From NCBI GenBank assembly GCA_963809485.1, contig CAWEJX010000016.1:87659-151658 (forward strand): a DNA stretch of 64,000 nt, written 5' to 3'. The notes under the pieces are model-generated. The model ran no database searches, was not told the origin of the DNA, and saw only the letters and a list, made by a program, of their open reading frames with translations. Of the stretch, positions 1-9,236 are shown piece after piece; position 1 is the stretch's first letter; each line of letters opens with the position of its first letter. Origin of the DNA: an uncultured Acidobacteriota bacterium. GTDB lineage: Bacteria > Acidobacteriota > UBA6911. Both the position numbers and the translations under genes were made by a program.

Positions 1-464
1 GCGTGCGGGTCGGCGTGCTTAACCTGCAGGGGCGCGTGTTCATGGCAAGCATCGACTGTCCTTTCACCACAGGCCTGGCGGCCGTGGAATCGATGCGCAA
101 GCAGACTCCGGTCATCATTGTGGACTTTCACGCGGAGGCGACTTCGGAGAAACAGGCGATGGGCTGGTTTCTTGACGGGCAGGTCAGCGCGGTTCTGGGC
201 ACGCACACGCACGTCCAGACTGCGGATGAACGGATCCTGCCGCGCGGCACCGCCTTTATTACCGATCTCGGGATGACGGGCCCTCACGATTCCGTAATCG
301 GGTCTGTTCAGGATCTGGCGCTGGACCGCTTTCTCCGGCAAATACCTGTCCGGCTGGAGCCGGCTTCGGGGAATTTAAGGGTTTGCGGAGCGGTGATCGA
401 AATCGACGAAGCGAGCGGCCGGGCAACCTCCATCGAGCGGCTCAACCTCCCCTACTCTCTCTAA
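1..464 (+). CDS. ymdB: YmdB/TIGR00282-family metallophosphoesterase (5' truncated by window edge)
   Basis: Motifs DFHAEATSEK, GTHTHVQTAD, TDLGMTGP. Confidence 0.9.
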   Translation, partial: VRVGVLNLQGRVFMASIDCPFTTGLAAVESMRKQTPVIIVDFHAEATSEKQAMGWFLDGQVSAVLGTHTHVQTADERILPRGTAFITDLGMTGPHDSVIGSVQDLALDRFLRQIPVRLEPASGNLRVCGAVIEIDEASGRATSIERLNLPYSL

Positions 465-478
465 AGTATGATCGTTGG

Positions 479-528
479 AACGTAAGTTCGAACGTTGAAC
501 GTTGCAACGTTCTAACGTTTGAACGTTC
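479..528. repeat. Tandem array of palindromic AACGTT units (7-8 bp period)
   Basis: AACGTT at 491, 498, 506, 514 and 522 between convergent ymdB and zapA. Confidence 0.85.
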
Positions 529-829
529 AGCGTTCGATGATGATGCGGTCGAGCATGGAGACGCAGGCCTGGGAACGCCGGCCGACGGAATCATCCAGCC
601 GCTGAAGCTCTTCCCTGGACCGCTGCAGATCGTCGACCAGGTTGAGAGCCGCCAGGATCGCAACTTTCAGCGTATCCACAGATCCCGTGGAAGCGGTAAC
701 CTCGCGCATCTTCTTGTCGAGGCTGGCGCACAAAATCTTAAGGCGTTCCGGATCCCCGGTGGTCAGCAGCGTATATTCCCGATCATAAATCTTGACTCGG
801 ACAGATCTAGGTTCCGGCTGTTCGCTCAT
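527..829 (-). CDS. zapA: Cell division protein ZapA
   Basis: VKIYDREYTL and KVAILAALNLVDD; follows zapB/pheT; ATG at 829 after GAGG. Confidence 0.9.
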   Translation of the reverse strand: MSEQPEPRSVRVKIYDREYTLLTTGDPERLKILCASLDKKMREVTASTGSVDTLKVAILAALNLVDDLQRSREELQRLDDSVGRRSQACVSMLDRIIIER

Positions 830-869
830 GGGCCTGTCCTCGCGCCCCATCAGGGATCATCCGGTCCCT

Positions 870-1148
870 TCAGCGCGCCTCTAAAGTGGCGAGAAGAGAC
901 AGAGCCTTTTCCACCCGCTCCCGCAGCTCTTCGCGCTCCTTCTGGTACTGTGCCAGATTGTCATGAACCATGGATTCGTTTTTGCGCAGAGACCCGATCT
1001 CCTCCTTCAACTGCTGGTTCTCGGCTTTGAGGATTTCGTTGTCTCTGCGAATGGATTTGTATTCCTCCACCATGCGGAAGATCTTGTCCTCAAGTTGGCC
1101 GAAGCGTTCAAGACCTGTGAGTTCCCGCTGAGGTTTGTTCTCGTTCAT
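870..1148 (-). CDS. zapB: ZapB-like coiled-coil cell division protein
   Basis: 92-aa coiled coil between pheT and zapA. Confidence 0.75.
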   Translation of the reverse strand: MNENKPQRELTGLERFGQLEDKIFRMVEEYKSIRRDNEILKAENQQLKEEIGSLRKNESMVHDNLAQYQKEREELRERVEKALSLLATLEAR

Positions 1149-3199
1149 AAGGATCTGAGCCCCGCTTTAAAAGTATTGGATAGATATGATAAGACAGTAT
1201 CAATGAAACCCTGCACCCGGTCAACTGTAAGGGTCTTTTCGCGATCCTGAAAAGTGAACCTCAAAGTCATGCTGAGCTTGCCGGCCGGGATTTTTTCGCC
1301 TTCATAAATATCGATCAGATCCAGTTCGGTCAACTCCGGAATCGCCAGTTCCAGGATGCCCTGCCGGATTTTTTGATATGTCAGGTCCCGGTCCACGACA
1401 ATCGACATATCCCGTTTCACCGATGGGTATTTGGCGAGAGGTTCGTAGGATATCGGGGAAAAGGCGACGGGCAACAGGCGCTCGACGTTGATTTCCGCCA
1501 CGTAAACGGGCTGTCTGAGTTTGTACTTTTCATCAAGAGGCACGGATACGGCCCCAAGCACCCCGACCGCTTCCCCGCCGATTTTCAAAACCGCGCTCTC
1601 CGCGGGATTCAGCCAGCCGACTTCATCCGTCGGCACGATCTCGAAGGAGCGGATGCGGATTCCGTTCAAAAGCGCCGCAAGTACGCCCTTTAGATGAAAG
1701 AAGTTGTACTCTGCGGCTGGATTCACCCAATTCTGATCCGTGAATCCTCCCGTTCCCAGGATGCCCAGCACCGTGTGTTCCACGGGGGACCCATCCGGAC
1801 CCGATTCATAAACTCTGCCGATTTCGAACAGCCGGACCAGGCGCTGGTCATAGTTAAAGTTCCGTTTTGCCGATCGGACCAGCCCTGGGGCCAACGCAGT
1901 GCGCATGTATTGGGTATCCTCAGTCAAGGGGTTTTTTATCGCGATGCGCTCGCCATGCAGAGGAGCGAAATCGGCGTGATCCGGTTCCAGGGCAAAGCTG
2001 AGATTTACGGCTTCGCTGTATCCCTGCCCGATCAGTATTTCCCGCACAGCCTGTTCGAGGCCGTAAACCGGGGAGTGCGACCCCACTCCCTTGCTGGGCG
2101 GCAGAGTCGCCGGTATGTTCTGGTAGCCGTAAAAACGTACCAGTTCCTCAATCAGATCGGCTTCCAGTTCCATGTCCGCGCGGTAGGTCGGGCACGTGAC
2201 GTTCCACGAACCCTCTCCGCCCGCCTCAACCCCGAATTCCAGGCGCCGTAAGGTGGATTCGATAAATTCGCCTGACAACTCAACTCCCAGCAGCGCGGAT
2301 GCGTTTTTTTGCCGCAACAGAATCTTTACAGGCTCCTTCCGCCCCGGGTAGACATCCTGGAGGCTCCCGGCGATGCTGCCGCCGGCAAGCTGCTCGATCA
2401 GGTAGCAGGAACGCGCAATCGCCGACACGGTGTTCTCCCAATCCGCGCCCCGCTCGAAACGGTAGCTGGCCTCTGTCGAGAGGCCGAGTTTCTTGGAGGT
2501 GCGCCGAACCGAGGTCGGGTTGAAATAAGCGGACTCCAGAAGCACACGGGTTGTCGACAATGAGATCTCCGAGTTCAGTCCGCCCATGACACCCGCTATG
2601 CCGACAGACCCCTCGCCGTCGTTGATCAGCAGCATCTCTCCATCCAATTCCCGCTGAACTCCGTCAAGAGTCTGCATGAGTTCGCCCGGATGGGCCCTTG
2701 CCACGACGATCTTTCCCCCGCGCAGCAGGTCGAAATCGAAGGCGTGAAGCGGGTGGCCCATCTCCAGGAGGACATAATTGGTGATGTCGACGATGTTGTT
2801 CACAGGCCTCATCCCAGCGGCCTCGAGGCGCCGCTGCATCCAGGCAGGGGAAGCCCCCACGCGAATGCCGTCGAGCACCAGCGCCACGTAACGCGGGCAC
2901 AGATCCTCATCCCGCACCTCAATTATGTATGGAATTCTTTCGGAGGCAGCCTGGAGATGCTCCTCCTGCGGCGGCCGCTTCAGCGGCCGCCGGTAGAGGG
3001 CAGACACTTCCCGCGCGATTCCTATGTAGCTCAGGCAGTCCGGCCGGTTTGAAGTTACTTCGACCTCCAGAACAGAGGTCTCCGGAGCTTCCGCTATGGT
3101 TTCCACCAGAAGCCCGATCATGGAAAGGTCTTCTTTCAGTCTTTCCGGACTTTCCCTTATTTCGACATATTCCTGAAGCCACTCAAGGCTGACTTTCAT
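1145..3199 (-). CDS. pheT: Phenylalanine-tRNA ligase beta subunit (short form lacking the B2 OB domain)
   Basis: NRPDCLS, NNIVDITNYV, SYRFERG, C-terminal FDX-ACB domain; follows pheS. Confidence 0.97.
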   Translation of the reverse strand: MKVSLEWLQEYVEIRESPERLKEDLSMIGLLVETIAEAPETSVLEVEVTSNRPDCLSYIGIAREVSALYRRPLKRPPQEEHLQAASERIPYIIEVRDEDLCPRYVALVLDGIRVGASPAWMQRRLEAAGMRPVNNIVDITNYVLLEMGHPLHAFDFDLLRGGKIVVARAHPGELMQTLDGVQRELDGEMLLINDGEGSVGIAGVMGGLNSEISLSTTRVLLESAYFNPTSVRRTSKKLGLSTEASYRFERGADWENTVSAIARSCYLIEQLAGGSIAGSLQDVYPGRKEPVKILLRQKNASALLGVELSGEFIESTLRRLEFGVEAGGEGSWNVTCPTYRADMELEADLIEELVRFYGYQNIPATLPPSKGVGSHSPVYGLEQAVREILIGQGYSEAVNLSFALEPDHADFAPLHGERIAIKNPLTEDTQYMRTALAPGLVRSAKRNFNYDQRLVRLFEIGRVYESGPDGSPVEHTVLGILGTGGFTDQNWVNPAAEYNFFHLKGVLAALLNGIRIRSFEIVPTDEVGWLNPAESAVLKIGGEAVGVLGAVSVPLDEKYKLRQPVYVAEINVERLLPVAFSPISYEPLAKYPSVKRDMSIVVDRDLTYQKIRQGILELAIPELTELDLIDIYEGEKIPAGKLSMTLRFTFQDREKTLTVDRVQGFIDTVLSYLSNTFKAGLRSL

Positions 3200-3254
3200 A
3201 AAAGAACTCCTGATAAATGCCTGCGCGCATCCACTATTTGTTATGCATCCTGTA

Positions 3255-4271
3255 TCAAAACTGCTTTAAAAACCTGAGATCGTTTTCGAAGAAGAGCCGT
3301 ATATCGTCCACGCCGTATTTGAGAATGGCAACCCGGTCAATGCCGAGGCCCCAGGCAAATCCGGAATAACGCGAGTCGTCCAAACCCGACATGCGCAGCA
3401 CCTTGGGATGAACCATTCCCGCGCCGAGGATTTCAATCCAGCCGCTCTGTTTGCATTTGGGACATCCCTTGCCGGAGCAGAAGATGCAGCTGATGTCGAC
3501 TTCAGCGCCCGGTTCCACGAACGGGAAAAAACCCGGCCTGAGGCGCATTTGAATGTTGGGATGAAAAATCTGCTTGAGAAATGCTTCGAGCATCCCTTTC
3601 ATGTCTCCCATTGTAATTCCCTCTTCCACGACCACGACATCCACCTGGTGAAACATCGGGGAGTGTGTCGCGTCGGCAGGATCCCGCCGGTAGACCTTGC
3701 CCGTGGTGACGGCGCGGATGGGAGGCCGGATTGTCTCCATGGCGTGCACGTCGACCGATGTACAGTGCGAGCGCAGCAGCATCGTTTCGTCCAGGTAAAA
3801 GGTGTCCTGGGCATCCCGCGCGGGATGGTTGCGGGGCATATTCAGAGCTTCAAAATTGTAGTACTCCTTCTCAATCTCGTGCAGGTTCATGACCTGGAAA
3901 CCCAGTTTCACGAACACCTGCTCGATTTCAGCCTGCAGCCTCTTGATGGGATGAGCACTGCCCAGGGCGAAAGGATAACCGGGCCTCGTCACATCGATGT
4001 GCTGCTGTTTCGCCGTAAGTTCCGCGGCTTTGGCAGTGGCATATTTCTCCTGGAGTCTTTCCTCGGCCAGCGCCCGCAGCTGATTCATTGCCTGCCCGAA
4101 TGCCGGGCGCTGGTCCTTGGGCAGATCGCGGAGTCTTTTCAGTTCCGTAGTGATCACTCCGCTGTCCCGGGCCAGGTATTTATCCCTCACAGCTTTCCAG
4201 CTCTCCATTCCCGTAATGCTGGCGAAATCCTCTTCAAAACGCTGCCGCAACTTTTCTATGAGATCATTCAT
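3255..4271 (-). CDS. pheS: Phenylalanine-tRNA ligase alpha subunit
   Basis: HPARDAQDTFY, FPFVEP, GFAWGLGIDR. Confidence 0.98.
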   Translation of the reverse strand: MNDLIEKLRQRFEEDFASITGMESWKAVRDKYLARDSGVITTELKRLRDLPKDQRPAFGQAMNQLRALAEERLQEKYATAKAAELTAKQQHIDVTRPGYPFALGSAHPIKRLQAEIEQVFVKLGFQVMNLHEIEKEYYNFEALNMPRNHPARDAQDTFYLDETMLLRSHCTSVDVHAMETIRPPIRAVTTGKVYRRDPADATHSPMFHQVDVVVVEEGITMGDMKGMLEAFLKQIFHPNIQMRLRPGFFPFVEPGAEVDISCIFCSGKGCPKCKQSGWIEILGAGMVHPKVLRMSGLDDSRYSGFAWGLGIDRVAILKYGVDDIRLFFENDLRFLKQF

Positions 4272-4292
4272 GGCCTACCTCTGCAGTTTATG

Positions 4293-4371
4293 GGTTTCCG
4301 GTTCCCGGTTTCCCGTTCCATCGTTCTCCAGGACCTTCGAACGGGTAACGGGAAACTGGGGACGGGAAACC
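4293..4371. repeat. Inverted pair of degenerate heptamer repeats (TTCCCGG-like / CGGGAAA-like)
   Basis: ggtttccggttcccggtttcccgttc (4293-4318) versus gaacgggtaacgggaaactggggacgggaaacc (4339-4371). Confidence 0.75.
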
Positions 4372-4373
4372 TT

Positions 4374-4409
4374 AAAAGGAAACGCCCGGCGTGGCAGGAC
4401 ACCCGGGCG
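4374..4409 (-). terminator. Probable intrinsic terminator after rplT
   Basis: Minus strand CGCCCGG...CCGGGCG stem followed by TTTCCTTTT. Confidence 0.6.
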
Positions 4410-4441
4410 CTCTCGAATCCGAGTCTGTAAGACGGAAAATC

Positions 4442-4804
4442 TTAGGCAGCCGCCAGTGCCGCTTTGGCACTTTCGGTCAGTTGAGTAAAGGTCTCGGGAT
4501 CTTTAATGGCGATCTCGGCAAGGACCCGGCGGTCGAGGGCAATGCTTGCCTTTTTCAGGCCGCTCATAAATCGGCTGTAGGAAATGTTGTTCTTACGGGC
4601 TGCAGCGCCGATCCGCAGGATAAACAGGCCTCTGAAATCCCGCTTCTTGGCCCGCCGGTCACGGTAGGCAAACTGGAGCGCACGATCGACAGATTCCTTT
4701 GCGGACCTGTGAAGCTTGCTCTTGGTCAGGCGATAGCCCTTGGCCAGCCCCAGGATTTTTTTCCGGCGCTGGATACGTTTGTTACCTCTTTTTACTCTTG
4801 GCAT
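4442..4804 (-). CDS. rplT: 50S ribosomal protein L20
   Basis: MPRVKRG and [12 protein letters not shown]. Confidence 0.98.
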   Translation of the reverse strand: MPRVKRGNKRIQRRKKILGLAKGYRLTKSKLHRSAKESVDRALQFAYRDRRAKKRDFRGLFILRIGAAARKNNISYSRFMSGLKKASIALDRRVLAEIAIKDPETFTQLTESAKAALAAA

Positions 4805-4832
4805 CTCTTTACTCCGAATTCCGGTCAGAAAA

Positions 4833-5024
4833 TCAGATGTTCAGCATCTTCTTGACGCGCTTATGGTCCGCTTTGCTCACTATTGCGCTGTCCACTAGTT
4901 TTCTCACGCGCTTGCGGGATTTTTTGGTCAATATGTGACGGGCGTGGCTATGGCGGCGCATGATTTTGCCCGTCCCGGTTACTTTGAATCGTTTTGCCGC
5001 ACTTTTTGATGTCTTGCGCTTCAC
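4833..5024 (-). CDS. rpmI: 50S ribosomal protein L35
   Basis: [14 protein letters not shown]; lies between infC and rplT; GTG start 7 nt after GGAG. Confidence 0.97.
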   Translation of the reverse strand: MKRKTSKSAAKRFKVTGTGKIMRRHSHARHILTKKSRKRVRKLVDSAIVSKADHKRVKKMLNI

Positions 5025-5123
5025 AGGCGTTCTCCCAGCATATAATTAATACATGAAACCAATCACACTTTGCCCTTTTGGGCGGATGATACAGGAAGCG
5101 GGAAATTCAGGCGACAGTAAAAC

Positions 5124-5648
5124 CTATCGCTTTTTCGGCAAAAATATGCCGACCAGGGCGTATCCTTCCATCTTTGGGGGCCGCTCGACCTCAGCGATCT
5201 CTTCCAGTTCGGCTACCAGCTTTTCCATCAATTTGCGGCCCAATTCCTGGTGCGTCATCTCCCGTCCGCGGAAGACGATGCTTGCCTTGGCCTTGTTCCC
5301 CTCCGTCAGGAACCGCACGATGTTGTTCTTCTTGAACTGAAAATCGTGCTCCTCGGTCTTAGGCCGGAATTTGATTTCCTTAAGGACCACCTGCTTCTGG
5401 TGTTTTTTCGCCTCGTGGGCTCGCTTGCTTTTCTGGTACTGAAACTTGCCGTAGTTCATAATCCTGCAAACGGGGGGATTTGCCCCGGGCGCCACTTCCA
5501 CGAGGTCCAGTTCCCGGGACCGTGCGATAGCCAGCGCCTGTTCGGGAGTCATGATTCCCAACTGTCCCGCATCTTCGTCCACAACCCGGATTTCTTTTGC
5601 CCGGATCAATTCATTAACACGAACCCTGACTTGTTTGGCTGTTGTGAT
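5124..5648 (-). CDS. infC: Translation initiation factor IF-3 (probable ATC start)
   Basis: NELIRAKEIRVV, DLVEVAP, KEIKFRP; AGGAGG lies 6 nt before an in-frame ATC at 5648. Confidence 0.96.
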   Translation of the reverse strand: MTTAKQVRVRVNELIRAKEIRVVDEDAGQLGIMTPEQALAIARSRELDLVEVAPGANPPVCRIMNYGKFQYQKSKRAHEAKKHQKQVVLKEIKFRPKTEEHDFQFKKNNIVRFLTEGNKAKASIVFRGREMTHQELGRKLMEKLVAELEEIAEVERPPKMEGYALVGIFLPKKR

Positions 5649-5692
5649 TGGCAACCTCCTTTTGTTTTGAGGGAAAAACCGGGTGCCCGCAT

Positions 5693-7489
5693 CTACGGAC
5701 GGACGGCCCGGGATTTGATGAATCCCTCAATTTTCTCCAAAAAGCCTCCCAGGGGCTGAGATCCTTCGTCTCCCAGGAAGCGGTTACGCACCGAAACCTC
5801 TCCCGATTGCGACTCCTTATCCCCGACGACGAGCATGTAGGGGATTTTTTGGTTCTGGGCCTCCCGGATCTTGAAGCCCATTTTTTCATTCCTGCAGTCA
5901 ATCTCGACCCGGAGGTCCGCGCCCACCAGCCGGCGCATCACCTGGCGGGCATATTCCTGATGACGCTCGGAAATAGGTATTATAACCGCTTGAACCGGCG
6001 CCAGCCATATCGGGAACGCTCCTGCGTAATGCTCGATGAGAACACCAAGGAATCGTTCGACCGAACCGAGCAGCGCTCGGTGCACCATTACGGGCTGATG
6101 GGCAAGCCCGTCGGAAGCCACATACGACAAATCGAAGCGCTTCGGCAGGGTGAAGTCAAACTGGATGGTCGAAAGCTGCCAGGGCCTGCCGATGGCGTCG
6201 ATCAGCTTGACGTCGATCTTCGGCCCGTAGAATACAGCCTCACCCTCCATGCGCTTCCATCCGATCCCCCGGGAGCGCAGTGCTTCGGTTAAAGCCTCCT
6301 CGGCCAGCTTCCAGTCCTCTTCCGTGCCAGCGTAGTCTCCTTTTTTGGATTCGTCCCGAACCGAAAGCTCCACCTTGTACTGATCGAATCCGAAACTTTG
6401 CATTATAAATAAAACCAAATCCATCGTATCGGATATTTCGCCGTAAACCTGATCGCGGGTACAGAAGATGTGGCCGTCATCCTGGGTGAAGCCCCGGACG
6501 CGCAGCATGCCGTGAAGGACGCCGCTCTTTTCATAGCGGTAGACCGTTCCGAATTCGGCATAGCGAATGGGCAGGTCCCGATAGCTGCGCATGTGCGATT
6601 TATAAATCTGGATGTGCCCGGGGCAGTTCATCGGTTTGATGACAAATTCATCGTCATCGATGTTGAACACGTACATGTTCTGCCGGTAGTAATCGTAATG
6701 CCCCGATATTCTCCACAAAACGTCGCGCGCCACGTGGGGCGTTGTCACGAATTCATATCCCCGCCGATACAGCTCTTTGCGCAGAAAATCCTCGATGATC
6801 AGCCGCACCCGGGTGCCCTTCGGGTGCCAGAATGCCAGCCCGGGGCCGGCCTCTTCCGAAATGCTGAAAAGGTCCAGATCTTTCCCCAGTTTGCGGTGGT
6901 CGCGCTTTTTGGCTTCTTCGATCTGCTTCAGGTACTCCGAGAGCGCTTCAGGCGTCAAAAACGCAGTCCCGTAAATTCGCTGCAGCTGCTGGTTGTGCTC
7001 GTCACCCCGCCAGTAGGAACCGGCAATGCTGAGGACGTGGAAGCTTTCGGGATGAATCTGCGCTGTGGAGCAGAGGTGCGGGCCGGTGCAGAAATCCACC
7101 AGGCCGCCCAGACGGTAGCATGATAAGCGGTCGCCGGCTTTTTCCCGGATCAGCTCGACCTTGAGGTGCTCTCCCTGCCCCTGGAAATAATCGATCGCCT
7201 CGTCTTTGGACATCATCGACGGTTCATACAGGAGGCCCTGGATGGCAATTTCCCGCATCTTGTTTTCGATTTTTGCCAGATCCTCTTCCGCAAAGCCCTC
7301 CGGGCGCTCGAAATCGTAATAAAAGCCGTCGCTGATGGCCGGACCGATCCCCAGGTGAGTCCCCGGAAAAAGCTTGTTTACCGCCGCAGCCATAAGATGA
7401 GAAATACTGTGGCGGTAAACCTCAAGCGCCGCATTTTCATCTGCTATCTCACCGATGGAGCCGTCTGCGCATTTGATTTTCAACGACAT
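5693..7489 (-). CDS. thrS: Threonine-tRNA ligase (N-terminal TGS domain largely absent)
   Basis: RHSISHL, CTGPH, KPMNCPGH, RVRGFTQDD. Confidence 0.98.
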   Translation of the reverse strand: MSLKIKCADGSIGEIADENAALEVYRHSISHLMAAAVNKLFPGTHLGIGPAISDGFYYDFERPEGFAEEDLAKIENKMREIAIQGLLYEPSMMSKDEAIDYFQGQGEHLKVELIREKAGDRLSCYRLGGLVDFCTGPHLCSTAQIHPESFHVLSIAGSYWRGDEHNQQLQRIYGTAFLTPEALSEYLKQIEEAKKRDHRKLGKDLDLFSISEEAGPGLAFWHPKGTRVRLIIEDFLRKELYRRGYEFVTTPHVARDVLWRISGHYDYYRQNMYVFNIDDDEFVIKPMNCPGHIQIYKSHMRSYRDLPIRYAEFGTVYRYEKSGVLHGMLRVRGFTQDDGHIFCTRDQVYGEISDTMDLVLFIMQSFGFDQYKVELSVRDESKKGDYAGTEEDWKLAEEALTEALRSRGIGWKRMEGEAVFYGPKIDVKLIDAIGRPWQLSTIQFDFTLPKRFDLSYVASDGLAHQPVMVHRALLGSVERFLGVLIEHYAGAFPIWLAPVQAVIIPISERHQEYARQVMRRLVGADLRVEIDCRNEKMGFKIREAQNQKIPYMLVVGDKESQSGEVSVRNRFLGDEGSQPLGGFLEKIEGFIKSRAVRP

Positions 7490-7724
7490 ATTCTATAAAC
7501 CAACTCTTGCCCGATTCAATCGAAAGGACAGAAAAAGAAATCCTTTTTGTGTGCTAGTCTGTAAACCTGGCAGGAAAAGCAACTCGACGGGTAACTTTCA
7601 TCAGACTCATTCATCCAAGGAGGAGCGCTCGTTCCAAGCTTCTTTCCGCATTTTTAGCGGCATCTGGCTGCGCCAGCGGCATCGGATCCGTCCGCCGCCG
7701 CCCAAATCCGCATGGCAAAAAATT

Positions 7725-7799
7725 TGGTAGGCGCGAGCGGATTTGAACCGCTGACCCCTTCCGCGTCAAGGAAGTGCTCTCCCCCTGAGCTACGCGCCT
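7725..7799 (-). tRNA. tRNA-Val (GAC)
   Basis: 75-nt cloverleaf AGGCGCG...CTTCC-TTGACGC-GGAAG...TTCAAAT...CGCGCCT-A-CCA. Confidence 0.97.
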
Positions 7800-7814
7800 A
7801 AAAAATAAGGACTT

Positions 7815-7844
7815 AAACTACCAGAAAGGCCGAAATAGTGTCAA
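7815..7844 (-). promoter_or_regulatory. Sigma70-type promoter for tRNA-Val
   Basis: TTGACA-18 nt-TAGTTT on the minus strand with TG extension. Confidence 0.6.
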
Positions 7845-7856
7845 TACCATTTGCCG

Positions 7857-9107
7857 TCAGGCAGCCTTTTTGGCTCTCTCGCCGGCCAGAATCTCCAGCG
7901 CCTTGTCTATTTGAATCTTGTCGATCTTTTCCTGCATCAAGCGGAATTTGCCCGCGTCATCCTGGTCGTCATAGTACGATTCGACCGCCAGGTCCTGGCG
8001 CTTATCGTCATCCGGAGCTTGAATATCCGGCAAAATGCCCGCTTTGCGCACCACCTCATCCTGGATGACTTTCCCTCCCGGCGTGCAGTACTTGGCCGTA
8101 GACAAAATGAGCACAGCGCCGCTTTTCAACGGTATCGTCCGCTGGGCTGAACCGACCCCAAACGATTTTTCGCCCACGATGGTCGCCCGCCCCCTGTCTT
8201 TCATTGCTCCGGCTACCAGTTCAGCCGCGCCCGCTGTGGAGCCGTTGACCAGTACAACCACAGGAAGACCCGTGACGAAATTTTCAGCCTTTGCTTCAAC
8301 GACCTGAACTTTTTCGCCTTGCCGGTTCTGGCTATAGTAGAGGATGCCGTCGCGCAAAAAGTAGTTTGCCAGCTCGGCGCCGCTTGAGGGCTCGCCATCC
8401 GCGCAGTCGCGCAGATCCAGCAGGATCTGTTCCGCGCCTGCGGAGATCAGCGTCTTCAGCCGGATCTTGACCTGTTCCAGCGACGCGCCGGCCAAGGACG
8501 AAACATCCAGGAACCCGACATTTCCATCCAAGATTTTGGAGCTGACCGGAGTCGCGGACCGGGATTTGAAGGTCATCTCGATATCCATCGGCTTTGTTCT
8601 GGTGCCTCTGAATATCGTAACTTTGACCTGGGACCCCGGAGCGCCGCGCAGCAGGCTGTCGACTTCCGGGATGCTTTTGTCCTCGACGCTTTGCCCTCCC
8701 ACGGCGAGGAGATAATCTCCAGGGCGAACGCCCGCTTCCGCGGCAGGGCCATCGTGCTCACAGGACACCACGTATATCACATCGGATCGTTTGGAAAGGA
8801 CCATCCCGAGGTTTACATTCCCGTTTGCATTACGCTTTTGAAGAGCATCGTATTGCTCCCTGGTGAGGAAGCTGCAATAGGGATCCAGGGCGTCAATCAA
8901 CCCTCTCATGGCGCCTTCCTGAACTTTATTCATGTTCGGAGCCTCAACATAGTCATCATTGATTTTTTTGAGGACATCCATGAAAACGGAGAGTTCCTTG
9001 TAAGCGTCATCTCTGGCCACAACCTTGCCGTAGAAAAGCGCCGAAAGCCCATACAGCACGATGATTAAGGATCCAAGGAAGACAATCGATTTGCCCTTGT
9101 TGAACAT
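7857..9107 (-). CDS. S41 (CtpA/Prc)-family PDZ protein, catalytic dyad apparently substituted
   Basis: N-terminal TM, LDPY, PDZ domain, LDLRD; STAGAAE and FGVG instead of SASASE and FGKG. Confidence 0.85.
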   Translation of the reverse strand: MFNKGKSIVFLGSLIIVLYGLSALFYGKVVARDDAYKELSVFMDVLKKINDDYVEAPNMNKVQEGAMRGLIDALDPYCSFLTREQYDALQKRNANGNVNLGMVLSKRSDVIYVVSCEHDGPAAEAGVRPGDYLLAVGGQSVEDKSIPEVDSLLRGAPGSQVKVTIFRGTRTKPMDIEMTFKSRSATPVSSKILDGNVGFLDVSSLAGASLEQVKIRLKTLISAGAEQILLDLRDCADGEPSSGAELANYFLRDGILYYSQNRQGEKVQVVEAKAENFVTGLPVVVLVNGSTAGAAELVAGAMKDRGRATIVGEKSFGVGSAQRTIPLKSGAVLILSTAKYCTPGGKVIQDEVVRKAGILPDIQAPDDDKRQDLAVESYYDDQDDAGKFRLMQEKIDKIQIDKALEILAGERAKKAA

Positions 9108-9236
9108 CTTACCTCCCAGCCGGGTAGGGACTTAAACTTATGAATATTATAGCAACTGCACCGGCCATTCAAATGCGATTTCCTCCTGGCTTTCGTGAGG
9201 GTGTCTCTCCAGCCCCGTCCGATTAAATGTAAACAA

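Noticed and set aside
465-526. 6S RNA expected downstream of zapA
   Set aside because: Only about 60 bp is available and it is filled by the AACGTT array.
7490-7724. T-box or leader upstream of thrS
   Set aside because: No T-box motif (TGGNACCGCG) or clear terminator/antiterminator could be seen.
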